From Jimgerdemannia flammicorona (taxonomy: Eukaryota): a stretch of 42,960 nucleotides of DNA. The notes beneath the pieces are model-generated. The model was not told the origin of the DNA. It ran no database searches and saw only the letters and a program-made list of their open reading frames with translations. This document shows, piece after piece, positions 1-11,116 of the stretch (positions within the stretch are counted from its first letter, which is position 1; the number at the start of each line of letters is the position of its first letter). The DNA lies in the NCBI GenBank assembly GCA_003990765.1, contig RBNJ01000082.1, positions 1-42,960 on the forward strand, given 5' to 3'. The translations under genes were made by a program, and so were the position numbers.

Positions 1-223
1 GTAAAAGGGTAATAATGTTTTGAAAATTTTACTTTTATAAATAATATCTCTATAAATAATTAATATAATGAAATGTAACTTATATTTTCCAAAAGCTCTT
101 GCTTTTCTTTACCATTGGTTAAAATATCATTTTGATACCATTATTATTTAGCTTATAATAAATTTTTATATTAATACTATGTATTGTTACTCTTTTGGTT
201 TTTCTACCACCATTTTTGCTATT

Positions 224-1240
224 TTAATATTTTACATAATCTCCTTTGGTCTTGTATATAGCAGCAATGCGTCTTGGCATACTCTCAATTAGGTCAATGT
301 ATTTTTCGGTCAATATGCCTTCCCATTCATGCTCTATACATTCCCAAAGCTCTTGCATTCCTTTGGGTGGTTCATCATATACATTGAGCAGTTGTTTGAG
401 ATGTCTCCAAAGATGTTCGATTGGATTAAGATTGGGAGACTGTGCTGGCCAATCTAGCAAATGGATGGAATTGTTCTTGAACCAGTTGTACACCATCTTC
501 GATGTATGTTTTGGATTATTATCTTGTTGAAATATCACCTTCTTTTTGTCCATTCTAAAGAATTTAATAGATTCCTTTAATTCATCTTCGAGGATTTCTG
601 TATATAGCTCCGAATTCATATGCCTGTCGATTCTGCATGTATATCCAATGCTATAGTAACTCATACATCCCCAAATCATAATCGATCTGTCACTGAATTT
701 CAACATCAGAGTTATGTGATATTGCTCAAGCTGCACCCCAGGCCTCTTCTATGCCCATTCTCATCTGTCTGACCCCAAACGGTTGACTTTTGTTTCATCC
801 GAGAATATCACCCATTTTCAGTCATCTATGGTCCAGTCTTTGTATTTTTGTATGAATTCATACCATGATTTGATATGACGTGGCAACAATAATGACTTTT
901 TCTACTTCACAAATAACTTCAAACTGGCACCTTTTAACATTCAATGTACTGTGGTTGTGCTCACACTGGCTCGGCCCTCTTCTTGAAGTATTTTTGCGAT
1001 GTTTGCAGTGGTTTCAACCTTGCCACTGGACACCTGGCAGACAATCCATAATCTATCTTGAGTAGATAACTTTAGTGGACAACTGCCTTTTGATATGTTT
1101 GCATTGTTACAATGCTCGTTTCGGATGTGGCTAACCAAAGTAATGCTTATACCGATTGCTTTAGCAATCTTTTTTGCTAACTGCCCAGAATTCAACCTAT
1201 TAATGATAGTGTTGCAAATCTCAATAGATAGCTTCTGCAT
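224..1240 (-). pseudogene. Tc1-family transposase, disrupted by stops and frameshifts
   Basis: N-terminal HTH-like segment (MQKLSIEIC...IAKAIGIS), VIFSDETKVNRLGS (~770-812), IMIWGCM, FQQDNNPKH and WPAQSPNLNPIEHLW. There are 34 residues between the second D and the E. Split over ORFs 941-1240 and 224-736. Confidence 0.93.
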
Positions 1241-1285
1241 TTCATATAAGAAATGAATATCGGTATGAATTTTTACACCATTTTT

Positions 1286-1327
1286 ATGCCAAGAATGACG
1301 TCAAGAATGATGCCAAGAATGATGCCA
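1286..1327. repeat. 12-bp tandem repeat (ATGCCAAGAATG) x3.5 upstream of the transposase
   Basis: atgccaagaatg acgtcaagaatg atgccaagaatg atgcca. Confidence 0.85.
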
Positions 1328-1892
1328 TATGTCGCAGCTATATAAAAGGTTGAGCAGGTTATGTGAAATATTAAAATAGCAAAAATGGTAGTAGAAAAGC
1401 CAAAAGGGTAACAATACATAGTATTAATGTAAAAATTTATTGCAAGCTAAATAATAATGGTATCAAAATGATATTTTAACCAATGGTAAAGAAAAGCAAG
1501 AGCTTTTGGAAAATATAAGTTACATTTCATTATATTAATTATTTATAGAGATATTATTTATAAAAGTAAAATTTTCAAAACATTATTACCCTTTTGCTCA
1601 CCACTGTAATTGGAACTTAGTACTTTCTTACAAGAACTCAGAACTTAGGACCAATAGTCATCTTGATTATCTACAATATATTAATTCTATTAGTATATAG
1701 TTTTATTATATAAAGTATTCATTTTATATCTCAGAAAATATAATTTAGAAAAGAAGGTTCTAGAGAAAACTTATTATCAAATAATGATATAATTTGGAAA
1801 TATATAGATATATCAATCTGAAGATTATATCAAATAAGAAAGAAGATAGAGAATTATATAATTAAAATACAAGTATAATAGAAGATAAATGC

Positions 1893-1917
1893 AAAAAAAA
1901 AAAAAAAAAAAAAAAAA

Positions 1918-1975
<58 letters not shown>
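1893..1975 (+). repeat. Poly(A) tract, ~83 nt
   Basis: Homopolymer with a single T interruption. Confidence 0.95.
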
Positions 1976-1978
<3 letters not shown>

Positions 1979-2565
1979 ATAAGCCACTAAAGTCTATACA
2001 AATTAGAGATCAGATCTTATTATATTAGAATATAGCTGAAGCCTTATGATTCTATATGCAGAACACAAAAGGAATTACCTTTTGGCTATCCACAATGGTA
2101 AATTCAAAGGCTACAACAATAACTCATAGGTTTTCCCAAACTTATATCTGCTTCTTTTCCACCATCCTTGTCATCTTCGGCAGTGGGGATCGACAATGGT
2201 TCGGAGAATGAGCACTGGGCCATGATTTCACCAAATGAGTTGCGAAACAACAAAGTACGCATTCGTGAACTCTTTTGTCGGAGTAGAATGCTGTCGGCGC
2301 ACGTGCCTGGTGTTTCGAGAGCATGTACCAGTAATTAAATAACCACAACAAATTCGAACGCACAAGAGAAGTAAAATAAGAACCAATCGTATTATTCATC
2401 TAACGATACAGCTCAACTCCGTCGCGATCTCCGTGCGGGCAAGTATACAAACGAACAAAGCTGTCCGTGTGGAAATGTTATTAGCGGAAACGCGTGTAGC
2501 TTTTAAAGACGTTTACCAGTATTTTAGTTCACGATGCTATGTGTTACTGGCGCTTCGCCATACTT

Positions 2566-3152
2566 TCACACAACAAAACAGAAGCTAGCACAAGGTTTAT
2601 TTCGAGTATAATATATACATTGGAAAAAAAGAAGAAAACAATACATCGGAATGGTGATCAAAAACATCAACCCCCCCCCCCCTTTACAATCAAGCAAATC
2701 GATTTGGATCACTAAAACGCCAAACAGGACGAGAAAGGTACCGAGTGCGACCATCAAGAAGTTAATTTTCCACCACCAAGCCTCGTTCGGGTTGGCGCTG
2801 TACATGAGGAACAGGCCGAAAAACCAGAGATCCTGTGCATATTAAGATGGGTGGTGATAGGATTTCGACAAGGCGGGTGAGAGCGATCACGGCTCACCCC
2901 TACCGCCGCCTCTTCCCAAGATGTCGGCGACCATTAACAGGTAGAAAAAGCTTGCCATCCCAACTTAAAAAAGAGCTTGGCAACGGGGTACGCCGGCCAG
3001 TGCTCTTCGGCACGTAGGAGTGGCTGGCTCTCGTCGCTGATGTATACGATACGGGTCTGCACAGTGTTCCCGGCGGGCTTGCCACCTCGACTGGGTGCTG
3101 GGAGTGTTGGTGTTCCTGGCGGGGGAAATTTTGCGTCGTTGGTGGTAGCCAT
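2566..3152 (-). pseudogene. Small two-exon membrane protein, copy 1 (frameshifted)
   Basis: Exon 1 reads MATTNDAKFPPP...ESQPLL...KLFFKLGW. The donor is GCAAGC (GTAAGC in copy 2). Exon 2 reads LWFFGLFLMYSANPNEAWWWKINFLMVALG and has a 10-nt deletion at its start relative to copy 2. The 3' end is approximate. Confidence 0.6.
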
Positions 3153-3271
3153 TTGGGTATGTGTCTGGAGATAAGGACCAAATGTCCGGTGGACCCAGGA
3201 GTGATGAGGTGACATACTCTATTTCTGGATGTCGACGTTGCACCAGATGGTGAAAGAGGAATTGGTCCAGT

Positions 3272-4708
3272 TTATTTTTTCGCTTTTGCTCGATTGGGTG
3301 ATTGTTTACTCCCTATCCCCGTTTCATCTTCATTATAAGCCTTCTCGATTACGCCACAAATATGGTTGTCCCCATCCGGCGTGGTGAACTTCTGAGCGAT
3401 GATGTTGCGCACGTACTGAGAGGTTGAATTACGGAAGTGCGGCTTCGGGTTCTCGACGATATCGTTTGTGATGATGTTTGCAACCTCGTCGGCGGTCTGC
3501 ATGACACCAGCCAGGACCTGATAGCCTTACTGTAGGTGGCAGCGTGTTCGTGGTACGGGTCCGTGGGGTCCGTAATCGCGAGATTGCTGCCAAAGATGGG
3601 GTTAGATGAAGGTGATGGTTTAGTGAGAGTGGCAGATGATCGAACGAGAGAATACAAAGAGGAAGGTTGGCGTGGCTTACGTTATCGAAGAACTTGGTAC
3701 TGATGGGCCCGGGCTCGACAACCGAGACCTTAATGTTGAAGTGGGACAGGCTGACGGCCATGGCCCTCCACGGCAACTTGGCGGCGCAATAGGCGTCGTT
3801 GAGGGGCTAACCCCTGTGTAGGTTGGATTGTTCACATAGCACGACGTAAGGCGTTAGCTTGAGAGCTGATTCTCCATGAAAAAAATGAGAGGGAAAATAA
3901 AAAAGAGAGGAAAATATATACAGCAAACCACCAACGCTGCCAATGGTAATGATTTGACCTTCCCTGCGTTCACGAATGGAGGGAACTATGTGTTGGATTG
4001 CAGCGTGGGTTAGTTCTAAAATATATTCGAATTCGAATCGAATATGGAACACGGAAGAAGTGTGGGCGGACGGGACCGAAGAAATTCGTTTCAAAGATCT
4101 CACGGATCTCCTGGAGTGAGGCCTGTTCTAAAGCCTCGGGGAAGCCGAGTCCGGCGTTATTGACTGTGGAAGTAATGGCAGTTCGCCAGGATAAAGTGGA
4201 GGAAATGGACACATGAAGATTGGGTTTGAGAAATTCGCGTCTGATCAATCCGTATCAATGCTCTATATTCGAAAAGAAACTCACTCAACACATCGATCTT
4301 TCCTTCAGCTTCCAAGATCTCCTTGATAGCGGCCTTAATAGATTCCTCCTTCACGCCAAGCTGCCTGATCTCGATTGAAGCCGCAAAAAAAAAAATAAAA
4401 TAAAATAAAAAAATAAAAATACGAGGGTCCCCAATCGGACCCACGGCCGAATGGACCAACGTACGTGCTCAGCGGCGGCCTGCTTCAAATCGTTGTCTTT
4501 GCCGAGGTTGCGCATAGTCGCGTGCACCTTATACTTATCGGCCTGTTTGCCAATGGAGGACGGCGAGGGAAAGACCGACCTAAGGTGGTGTGAATGAGAG
4601 AAAGGTAGGTAATTTTGAATGGAAAGTCGTCAAAGGCGACATTGAACCATGGAGTTTGGCACATACGCCATACGAGTAGCCAGTGATGAGAACGACGCGA
4701 GGAGACAT
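3272..4708 (-). pseudogene. Short-chain dehydrogenase/reductase (17beta-HSD1/retinol dehydrogenase-like), multi-exon, frameshifted
   Basis: ATG at 4708 gives MSPRVVLITGYSYG|VGLSLAVL, a TGxxxGxG motif across a GTATGT..TAG intron. Also KVHATMRNL, GKIDVL|INNAG, FETNFFGP, IGSVGG, catalytic [13 protein letters not shown] and PKPHFR. Frameshifts near 4545 and 3777; LSES is deleted. Confidence 0.88.
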
Positions 4709-4762
4709 GTAAGAGACGATTGTTGTTTGGTGCAACGATTTTTAGTGGAGTGGTCTGAAGGG

Positions 4763-4770
4763 TATTTATA
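4763..4770 (-). promoter_or_regulatory. Putative TATA box of the SDR gene
   Basis: TATAAATA on the minus strand, ~55 bp upstream of the ATG. Confidence 0.5.
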
Positions 4771-5747
4771 AGTGAAGAGGGGAGACACGCGTCGGTTCCA
4801 CTGATTCCGTTCTGGGCCGACTTGCTTACGTATATACCATTTTTCTCACACTTGTTTGTTGATACCTCAATTCTAGGATAAAAATGCGTGAACATAATTA
4901 CGGTGGTGACGGAAGAGGTCCCGACGTAAGTTGGAGTGACATTTGAAGGCCGAAAATGTATATTCGACACGGTTTGTATCTGCTTGAATGGAATACGTGA
5001 AGCTTTTGATATTTACAATGCATAATCCCAAGATCCGCGGGTGGTTCCTTGGCCAAATCGGACAAACAACCGTGGCTCACGACACGCAAGCTCCCTGGTC
5101 GGAGGGACATTTACCTGCTTGGCTTGGCAAACTTATTATACGGATCTGGCGCTGTAGATAATGAACTGATTCTCGAGCGGCGTATGTTCTTTCTTACTTG
5201 CCCGATGGCGGGCTGCGATGAAACGATCCCATCATCTTCGTTTTGACCATCTGTTGAATGGAGGGATCGACAAGGTGGGAGTACGAGCACACTGGGCCAT
5301 TATTTCACCAAATGAGTTGGAAACCACAAAGTATATACGCATTCACAAAGCCGCTCTTGAGTAGAATGCTGTCAGCGCACGTGCCTAATTACATAACCAT
5401 AACAAAATCGAACGCACAAGAGAAGTAAAATAAGCGCGAACCGCATACCAATCGTGTTATTCATCTAACGGTACAGCTCAACTTCGTTGCTATCTCCGTG
5501 TGGACAAGTATACAAACGAACAAAGCTGTCCGTGTGGAAATGTTATTAGCAGAAACGCGTGTAGCTTTTAAAGACGTTTACCAGTATTTTAGTTCACGAC
5601 GCTGCGTGTTATTGGCGCTTCGCCATACTTTCGCACCAAAAAACAGAAGCTGGCCCAAGGTTTATTTCGAGTATAATATATACATTGGAAAAAAAAGAAG
5701 AAAACAATACATTGGAATGGTGATCAAAAGCATCAACCCCTCCCCCT

Positions 5748-6294
5748 TCACAACCAAGCAAATTGATTTGGATCACTAAACAGGACGAGCGAGGTAACGA
5801 GTGCGACCATCAAGAAATTAATTTTCCCCCACCAAGCCTCGTTCGGGTTGGCGCTGCACATGAAGAACAGGCCGAAAAACCAGAGAGCCGGGAAAATCCT
5901 GTGCATATTGAGATGGTTGGTGATAGGGACAAAGAGGATTTCGACAAGGCGTCAGCAAGAGGATGAGAGCGAAAAAAATAAATCGCGTGTATTGATCACG
6001 GCTCGCCCCTACCGCCGCCTCTTCCCAACAAGAAGTCGGCGACCATTAACAGGCAGAAAAAGCTTACCATCCCAACATGAAAAAGAACTTGGCAACGGGG
6101 AGTGCCGGCCAGTGCTCTTCGGCACGTAGGAGAGGCCGGCTCTCGTCTCTGATGTATACGATATGGGTCTGCACAGTGTTCCCGGCGGGAGTGGGGGAGG
6201 TCGAAGGTGATGGACCTGCCGCCTCGACTGGGTGCTGGGGGTGCTGGGGTTCCTGGTAGGGAGGGGGAAGTTTTGCGTCGTTGGTGGTATCCAT
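5748..6294 (-). CDS. Small two-exon membrane protein, copy 2 (~125 aa; exons 6294-6068 and 5898-5748); C-terminus possibly frameshifted
   Basis: The GTAAGC donor at 6067 and CACAG acceptor at 5899 join in frame to give KFFFMLGW-IFPALWFFGLFFMCSANPNEAWWGKINFLMVALVTSLVLF. Pro-rich N-terminus. An 8-nt deletion relative to copy 1 lies near the end. Confidence 0.6.
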
Positions 6295-6429
6295 TTGGGT
6301 ATGTGTCTGGAGATAAGTAGCTCAACCAAATTACCAAATGTCCACTATTTCTGGGTGTCGACGTTGCACCAGATGGTGAATTTGGAATGCTGCACCTCGT
6401 GAAAGAGGAATTGGTCCAGTTTATTTTAT

Positions 6430-7040
6430 TTTATTTTATTTGATTGGGTATCAATTTCCTAATTGTTTACTCCCTGTCCCTCACGGCCATTATAAGCCCT
6501 CTCGATTACACCACGAATATGGTTGTCCCCATCCGGCGTGGTGAACTTCTAAGGTTGGGTTACGGAAGTGCGGCTTCGGGTTCTCGACGATATCGTTTGT
6601 GATGGTGTTTGCGACCTCGTCGGTGGTCTGCATGACACCGGCCAAGGCAAAGCGGGACCTGATGGCCTTACTGAAGGTGGCAGCGTGCTCGTGGTACGGG
6701 TCCGTGGGGTGAGATTGCCGCCAAAGACGGAGGGTTAGATGAAGGTGATGATTTAGTGAGAGCGAACGAGAATACAGAGAGGAAGGTTGGTGTGGCTTAC
6801 GTTATCGAAGAACTTGGTGCTGATGGGCCCGGGCTCGACAACCGAGACCTTAATGTTGAAATGGGACAGGCTGCTGGTGGCCATGGACTCGCTCAGGCCC
6901 TCCACGGCAAACTTGGCGGCGCAATAGGCGCCGTTGAAGGGCTGGCTCCTGTGTAAGTTGGATTATTCACATAATATGATGTAAGGCATTTGCTTGAGAG
7001 CTGATTCTCTATGACCAAAATGAGGGAAAATAAAAAAGCA
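6430..7040 (-). pseudogene. SDR gene copy 2, 3' half only
   Basis: [22 protein letters not shown]...[13 protein letters not shown] is intact. The 5' exons are replaced by TE sequence at ~7041, and the last exon carries a deletion. Confidence 0.82.
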
Positions 7041-7340
7041 TTCATCTTCAAAGGACTAGTCAAATACTAGAAAGTAGATGTACTTTCAACAACAGTGCTG
7101 TAAGAAACTTATCAATCAGAAACTCATTGAGAAATGTAAGATCCTCATCAAACTAGTGAAAAAAGGTACCAGAGTAATTACTATCAATAGAATCTCTTAT
7201 CTAATTATTGAAATTATAGTCAAGCTTCTCTCTGAGATTTAAAAGTATTAGAAATGTTTAGATTTTAAAATTATACCAATTGAAGATCATAACCTTACAC
7301 TTGGAAAATGCTAGCTTTTATATTATATTCTCAGATTAAT
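7041..7340 (+). mobile_element. Heavily decayed aspartic-protease fragment of a family-B-like retrotransposon
   Basis: FIFKGLVKY*KVDVL...INQKLIEKCKIL...LDFKII..DHNLTLGK aligns with the B protease LIFKGLVKGQELDVL...INKNLIDKLKIL...LDFKVA..DHDLILGK. Confidence 0.75.
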
Positions 7341-7426
7341 TAATATAAGAATAAAGTCAATCTTCTATAATAAGGAGAAAATATCATAATTAAATCAGAT
7401 ATAGTTCAGAAGAAAGAGTTATTTAT

Positions 7427-9090
7427 TATGATGACACCTTTGAAACCAGTGACATCAGAATTCAGAAGACTGTCTTGACTTTACAAGCCATCAGTTGTAA
7501 ACCATAACTCAACTATAACTCATCCTGATTATAAGATAATCTATATCTAAACTTATAATAACTCATGATGACTCTAGCAGTATACTACTACTAGTTAGAT
7601 GACCCTATTCTCTGGACTAAAGGAGAAGACCTTCAAGATATAAAAGAAGCATTAAGAGAAGAAGTATAAAGTATTAACTATAAATAGAAGACTTACTACA
7701 AAACAAAATATCTATTATCTACCAAACAGCCAGATCAAGGAGCCATCCAGGTCTATCAGTTCAAGAATAGATATTCACTGATATCAAGAGAGCAATGAGG
7801 CTGTATATAAGAAAGACCCCTAGTCTGAACCTTTATATAAGAGACTCATACTACTATATCTTCAACTACTAAGAAATAGAGACAAGAATCACCACTGCTA
7901 CTGAGTATTTTTGAATATATGTAGCAAGAATATAAGCTGGAATATCACTTCTACTAAGAGTTTACATAAGAAATTATAGACACTATAAATATAGATGGAT
8001 ATGAATAGAAACTAGTAAAAAGAGTCCACCAGATCTTCAGACATATATCCTGAACTATTCCCAACATAGAATATATCAAAGTCTCTGATATCTAAGAATT
8101 GATAAGCTATCATATAGATCATTCTTGAGAAAATAGTTGCAGAAGAGGCCCAATCTACTATTATAGTTAAGAGTAATAAAGCTCAAGACCTTTGGAACTC
8201 CATCTTAGAGGACAATTTAGACCAATTTATTTATAATCTAATTGTACTATTTTAAGACTCTTTCTTGAGAGTCTACTATCTCTAGAATTCCACAGATATT
8301 CCCTACTTTGTAAATGACCTCAGTATTGACTGGAGGCCTTAAGAGTAGAATGATCTTATACTCTTTGATAATATCACTCCTTTAGACAATTTGGAGGATA
8401 ATAACAACCTACTTATTTTATTGGAAGATAATATCAACAACTTCCTTTCTATACTCCTAGAGCCCACTACTGACTTCAGTATAACTATAGAGGATATAGA
8501 AAATGATTTGGTCAGACTTTCTGAAGAAAATGAGAAGGAGGATGAGAATAATTTAATCCTAGTTATATTGAATTTTAAGATATATAAAGATGGCTCCATT
8601 AGTCAAATTGAGTAAGTTAGTTAGTTATATAAACAGTAACTATATATTAACTAGTTAAATTCATTACAAATATAAAATTAGTCTTATCTAGTTAGTTAGT
8701 TATCTAAATTCCAAAGATGTGCTAAATAGTATCTTCTAGTAATTATGAGTTACAGTCAATTACCTAGCCTTATTTTTAATCTAAAAGTTGTATAAATATT
8801 CTCTGATCTGTAGTAAATAAATCTAAGTCAATTGATTTGTAATACTAACTTAAGTTTGAGTATAAAGAACTTTGAGAAAAAACTCCAAGAGCTGAAGTAA
8901 TACTCTTACTACTACTGCTTCAGAAAATCATTACAAAACTCAAGATATAAGATCAAGACCATGCTTTCAAGACATGAGTCAATTGATATCCAATATAAGT
9001 CAATTAGTTCTGAAAGACAAGAGAAGTCAAGTGTAAGAACTTTAGAAAAAACTCCAAAAGCTGAAGAAATTTACTCTTACTGCTGCTACT
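7427..9090 (+). mobile_element. Old ORF-bearing LTR of family D (related to the family A LTR); right end uncertain
   Basis: Starts TATGATGACACCTTTGAAACCAG, matching TGTGATGACACC at 31304. Translates to IFTDIKRAMR..KTPSLNL..ETRITTATE..KRVHQIFRH..IPNIEYIKVSD. TATAAATA at 8791. Confidence 0.8.
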
Positions 9091-9104
9091 AGTACTTCAA
9101 ATGA

Positions 9105-9385
9105 GTTAGTTTGAACCAGTTCAAATTGTGACTATTCTTAATTCAAACTGATTTGAATTAATCATATAATCAATTTGAACTGATCAGAATCAGTTTATAA
9201 TTAATTTGAATCAGTTCAAATTGTGACTGCTCTAATTCAAACCTCTAAACTGATAATTCAAATCAATGAATTTAAATTATCAAATTTGAATTACTGAATT
9301 CAAATCATCAGATTTGAATTGTCAGATTTGAATTATTAGATTTGAATCTTAGCTAGATTTGAATTATCTGATTTGAATTCTATAA
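9105..9385. repeat. AT-rich TTGAATT/TTCAAA repeat array, including ~13-bp units AGATTTGAATTAT
   Basis: Repeated gatttgaatt at ~9280-9380, and duplicated cagttcaaattgtgact at ~9117 and ~9212. Confidence 0.7.
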
Positions 9386-9500
9386 ATAAACAAAACTTAT
9401 TATATAATTTACTTACATATATAAACAGAGGAACATAAGAGAAAATATTTACAAACATGTTCACAAACACTAATGTGAATATATATATATATATATATAC

Positions 9501-11059
9501 TGTAACAGTGAATCCAGAATGATGATATCAGTACAGGAGACAGCCTTTCCATATAAGCTACTAGATTGGAGCACAAGAAGATCATATGGCATATGAGATG
9601 AGCAATGATGACCAACTGTAAGTCATTGTGACCACAGTACAAGCATCCTGAAGAATATAAAAGAAGGATCAAGGAACTGCAGTAGCAGCAACTAACAAGA
9701 ATCACCAATCCCAAAATAGCTCAAAGACTTACCACAAATGAAATGCCTGCTGCCTGCCAAACCTCAAGGTCAAGGAATTACCAAAATATCTCAGTTGAGG
9801 AAAGGATGTTCCAAGACATCAGAAGAATGGGGACCTACTCAAAAAGGACTCCTAGTGTCCACCTGGATACTGTAGACCCTTATCACTTCATTCTCTACTG
9901 CCATGAAATGGAAACAAGGATCACCATTGCTACTGAATGCCTCCAAATGTAGCAGGAGTATGAAATAGGAAATCTCCTCTACTGGAAGTTCCCACAGGCC
10001 AGCACCCAAGAGCTACAAGATACTACTTCTATGGATATATGTAAAATAAGAATAGTTAAGAAGATCCATCAGATCTTCAGGCATGCACCATGGTCAATCC
10101 CCAACTTGGAGTATGTCAGAGTCTCAGACTTCAGAGACCTATCATCCTGCTATATCAATGTACTAGAAGCCAGGGTGGCTACAGAAGCTCAGTCCACTAT
10201 CACTCTCAACAGTAAAGAAGTAGAAGACTTCTGGCATCCTATCCTTCAGAACAACCTAGACCAATTCCTACAAGGATTGATCTCAGTATTCCAAGGCCCA
10301 AGCATCCAGGTTAGACCTCTCCAAGATCCCACATTTGCTCCCTATTTTGTAAAAGAGAACCTCATAGACTGGAGAGCTCCAGATCTCCTTGTTCCTTGTT
10401 CCTGATTTCTCTGCCACAGCTGAATGTGATGACATCATCGGTAATGACATCATCTTGTGCAATATATGCAAAATGCACAACCTACATGATGAGTTCGCAG
10501 ATCTCATCTCCTTCAGTGATGATGATGATGAAGCCCCCATAATCCTGAACTTTCTGCTCTAAGTTCTTTGTTACACTGGATAATGCCAGCACCAATATTC
10601 TCATGTAATACTGGATAATACCAGCACCAGTATTCTGAGGTGATGCGAAATTGTTCTAGCACTAGCATTTTGATGTGATACTAAATAATGCCAGCATCCT
10701 GAACCTGTACAACCATCAGTGCCAGCCCTGAAACTTAGTAGTTTTAGTTATTGGAATTTATATTTAGCTTTATATCTTAGCAACTATTGAATTATATTTT
10801 GTATAAATACCTCTCTTATTTCCTCTGAAATAAAGTCAGTCAATTCAGTGCATTCAGTCAACTCAGTGCAATACACACACTTCCTTGCAAGCAATCTAAG
10901 AGATAACAAGACAGTTTAAAGATAAGAATTTTGAGGACTATAAGACCTTGGGAAGATACTCCAATAAGAACTTGCTTATAACAAACTTGAGTTAGTCTAA
11001 GAGATACACCTTGAAGAGAATCTGGCATATTTGAAGGACTCAGCAACTACTATGTGACA
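9501..11059 (+). repeat. A1 5' LTR (~1.56 kb)
   Basis: TGTAACA...TGTGACA ends. Homologous to 32613-34105 and 39787-41308. TATAAATA at 10802, AATAAA at ~10829, and PBS-like TGGTGCCC at 11063. Confidence 0.92.
9593..10562 (+). pseudogene. LTR(U3)-encoded protein of unknown function, ~320 codons
   Basis: ORFs 9743-9952 and 10031-10405 share a frame and are joined across TAG, which is TGG in both A2 LTRs. The upstream stops are CGA/CAG-type. The end reads DEAPIILNFLL*, reached via a late frameshift in this copy. Confidence 0.72.
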
Positions 11060-11116
11060 ACTTGGTGCCCATTGGCTGATGATTTAAGACGAATCCCTCA
11101 CTTTCAAGCTAAAAAA

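Larger units (their letters stand above)
1..1606 (-). mobile_element. Tc1/mariner (DD34E) DNA transposon with ~250-bp terminal inverted repeats; left end cut ~9 bp short by the window edge
   Basis: 1-~240 is the reverse complement of ~1359-1597. The right end is ...CCACTG (1606) followed by TA, i.e. a Tc1-type CAGTG terminus with a TA target site. It encloses a transposase. Confidence 0.95.
2160..7040. repeat. Degenerate tandem duplication: ~2160-3910 is homologous to ~5220-7040 (offset ~3.1 kb)
   Basis: Long collinear near-identical blocks separated by many small indels, e.g. caagtatacaaacgaacaaagctgtccgtgtggaaatgttattagc at ~2440 and ~5505. Confidence 0.93.

Noticed and set aside
1893-1975. 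Poly(A) tracts (also 30310-30377) as LINE/SINE or retrocopy tails
   Set aside because: No flanking TSD or recognisable element body. They are likely slippage expansions, and their lengths may be unreliable.
9105-9385. CRISPR-like array
   Set aside because: Short degenerate AT-rich units without unique spacers, in a eukaryotic context with no cas genes.
11063-11080. Specific tRNA assignment for the family A PBS (e.g. Lys via TGGCGCCC)
   Set aside because: A1 and A2 differ (TGGTGCCC versus TGGTACCC) and CpG decay obscures the original. The host tRNA set is needed.
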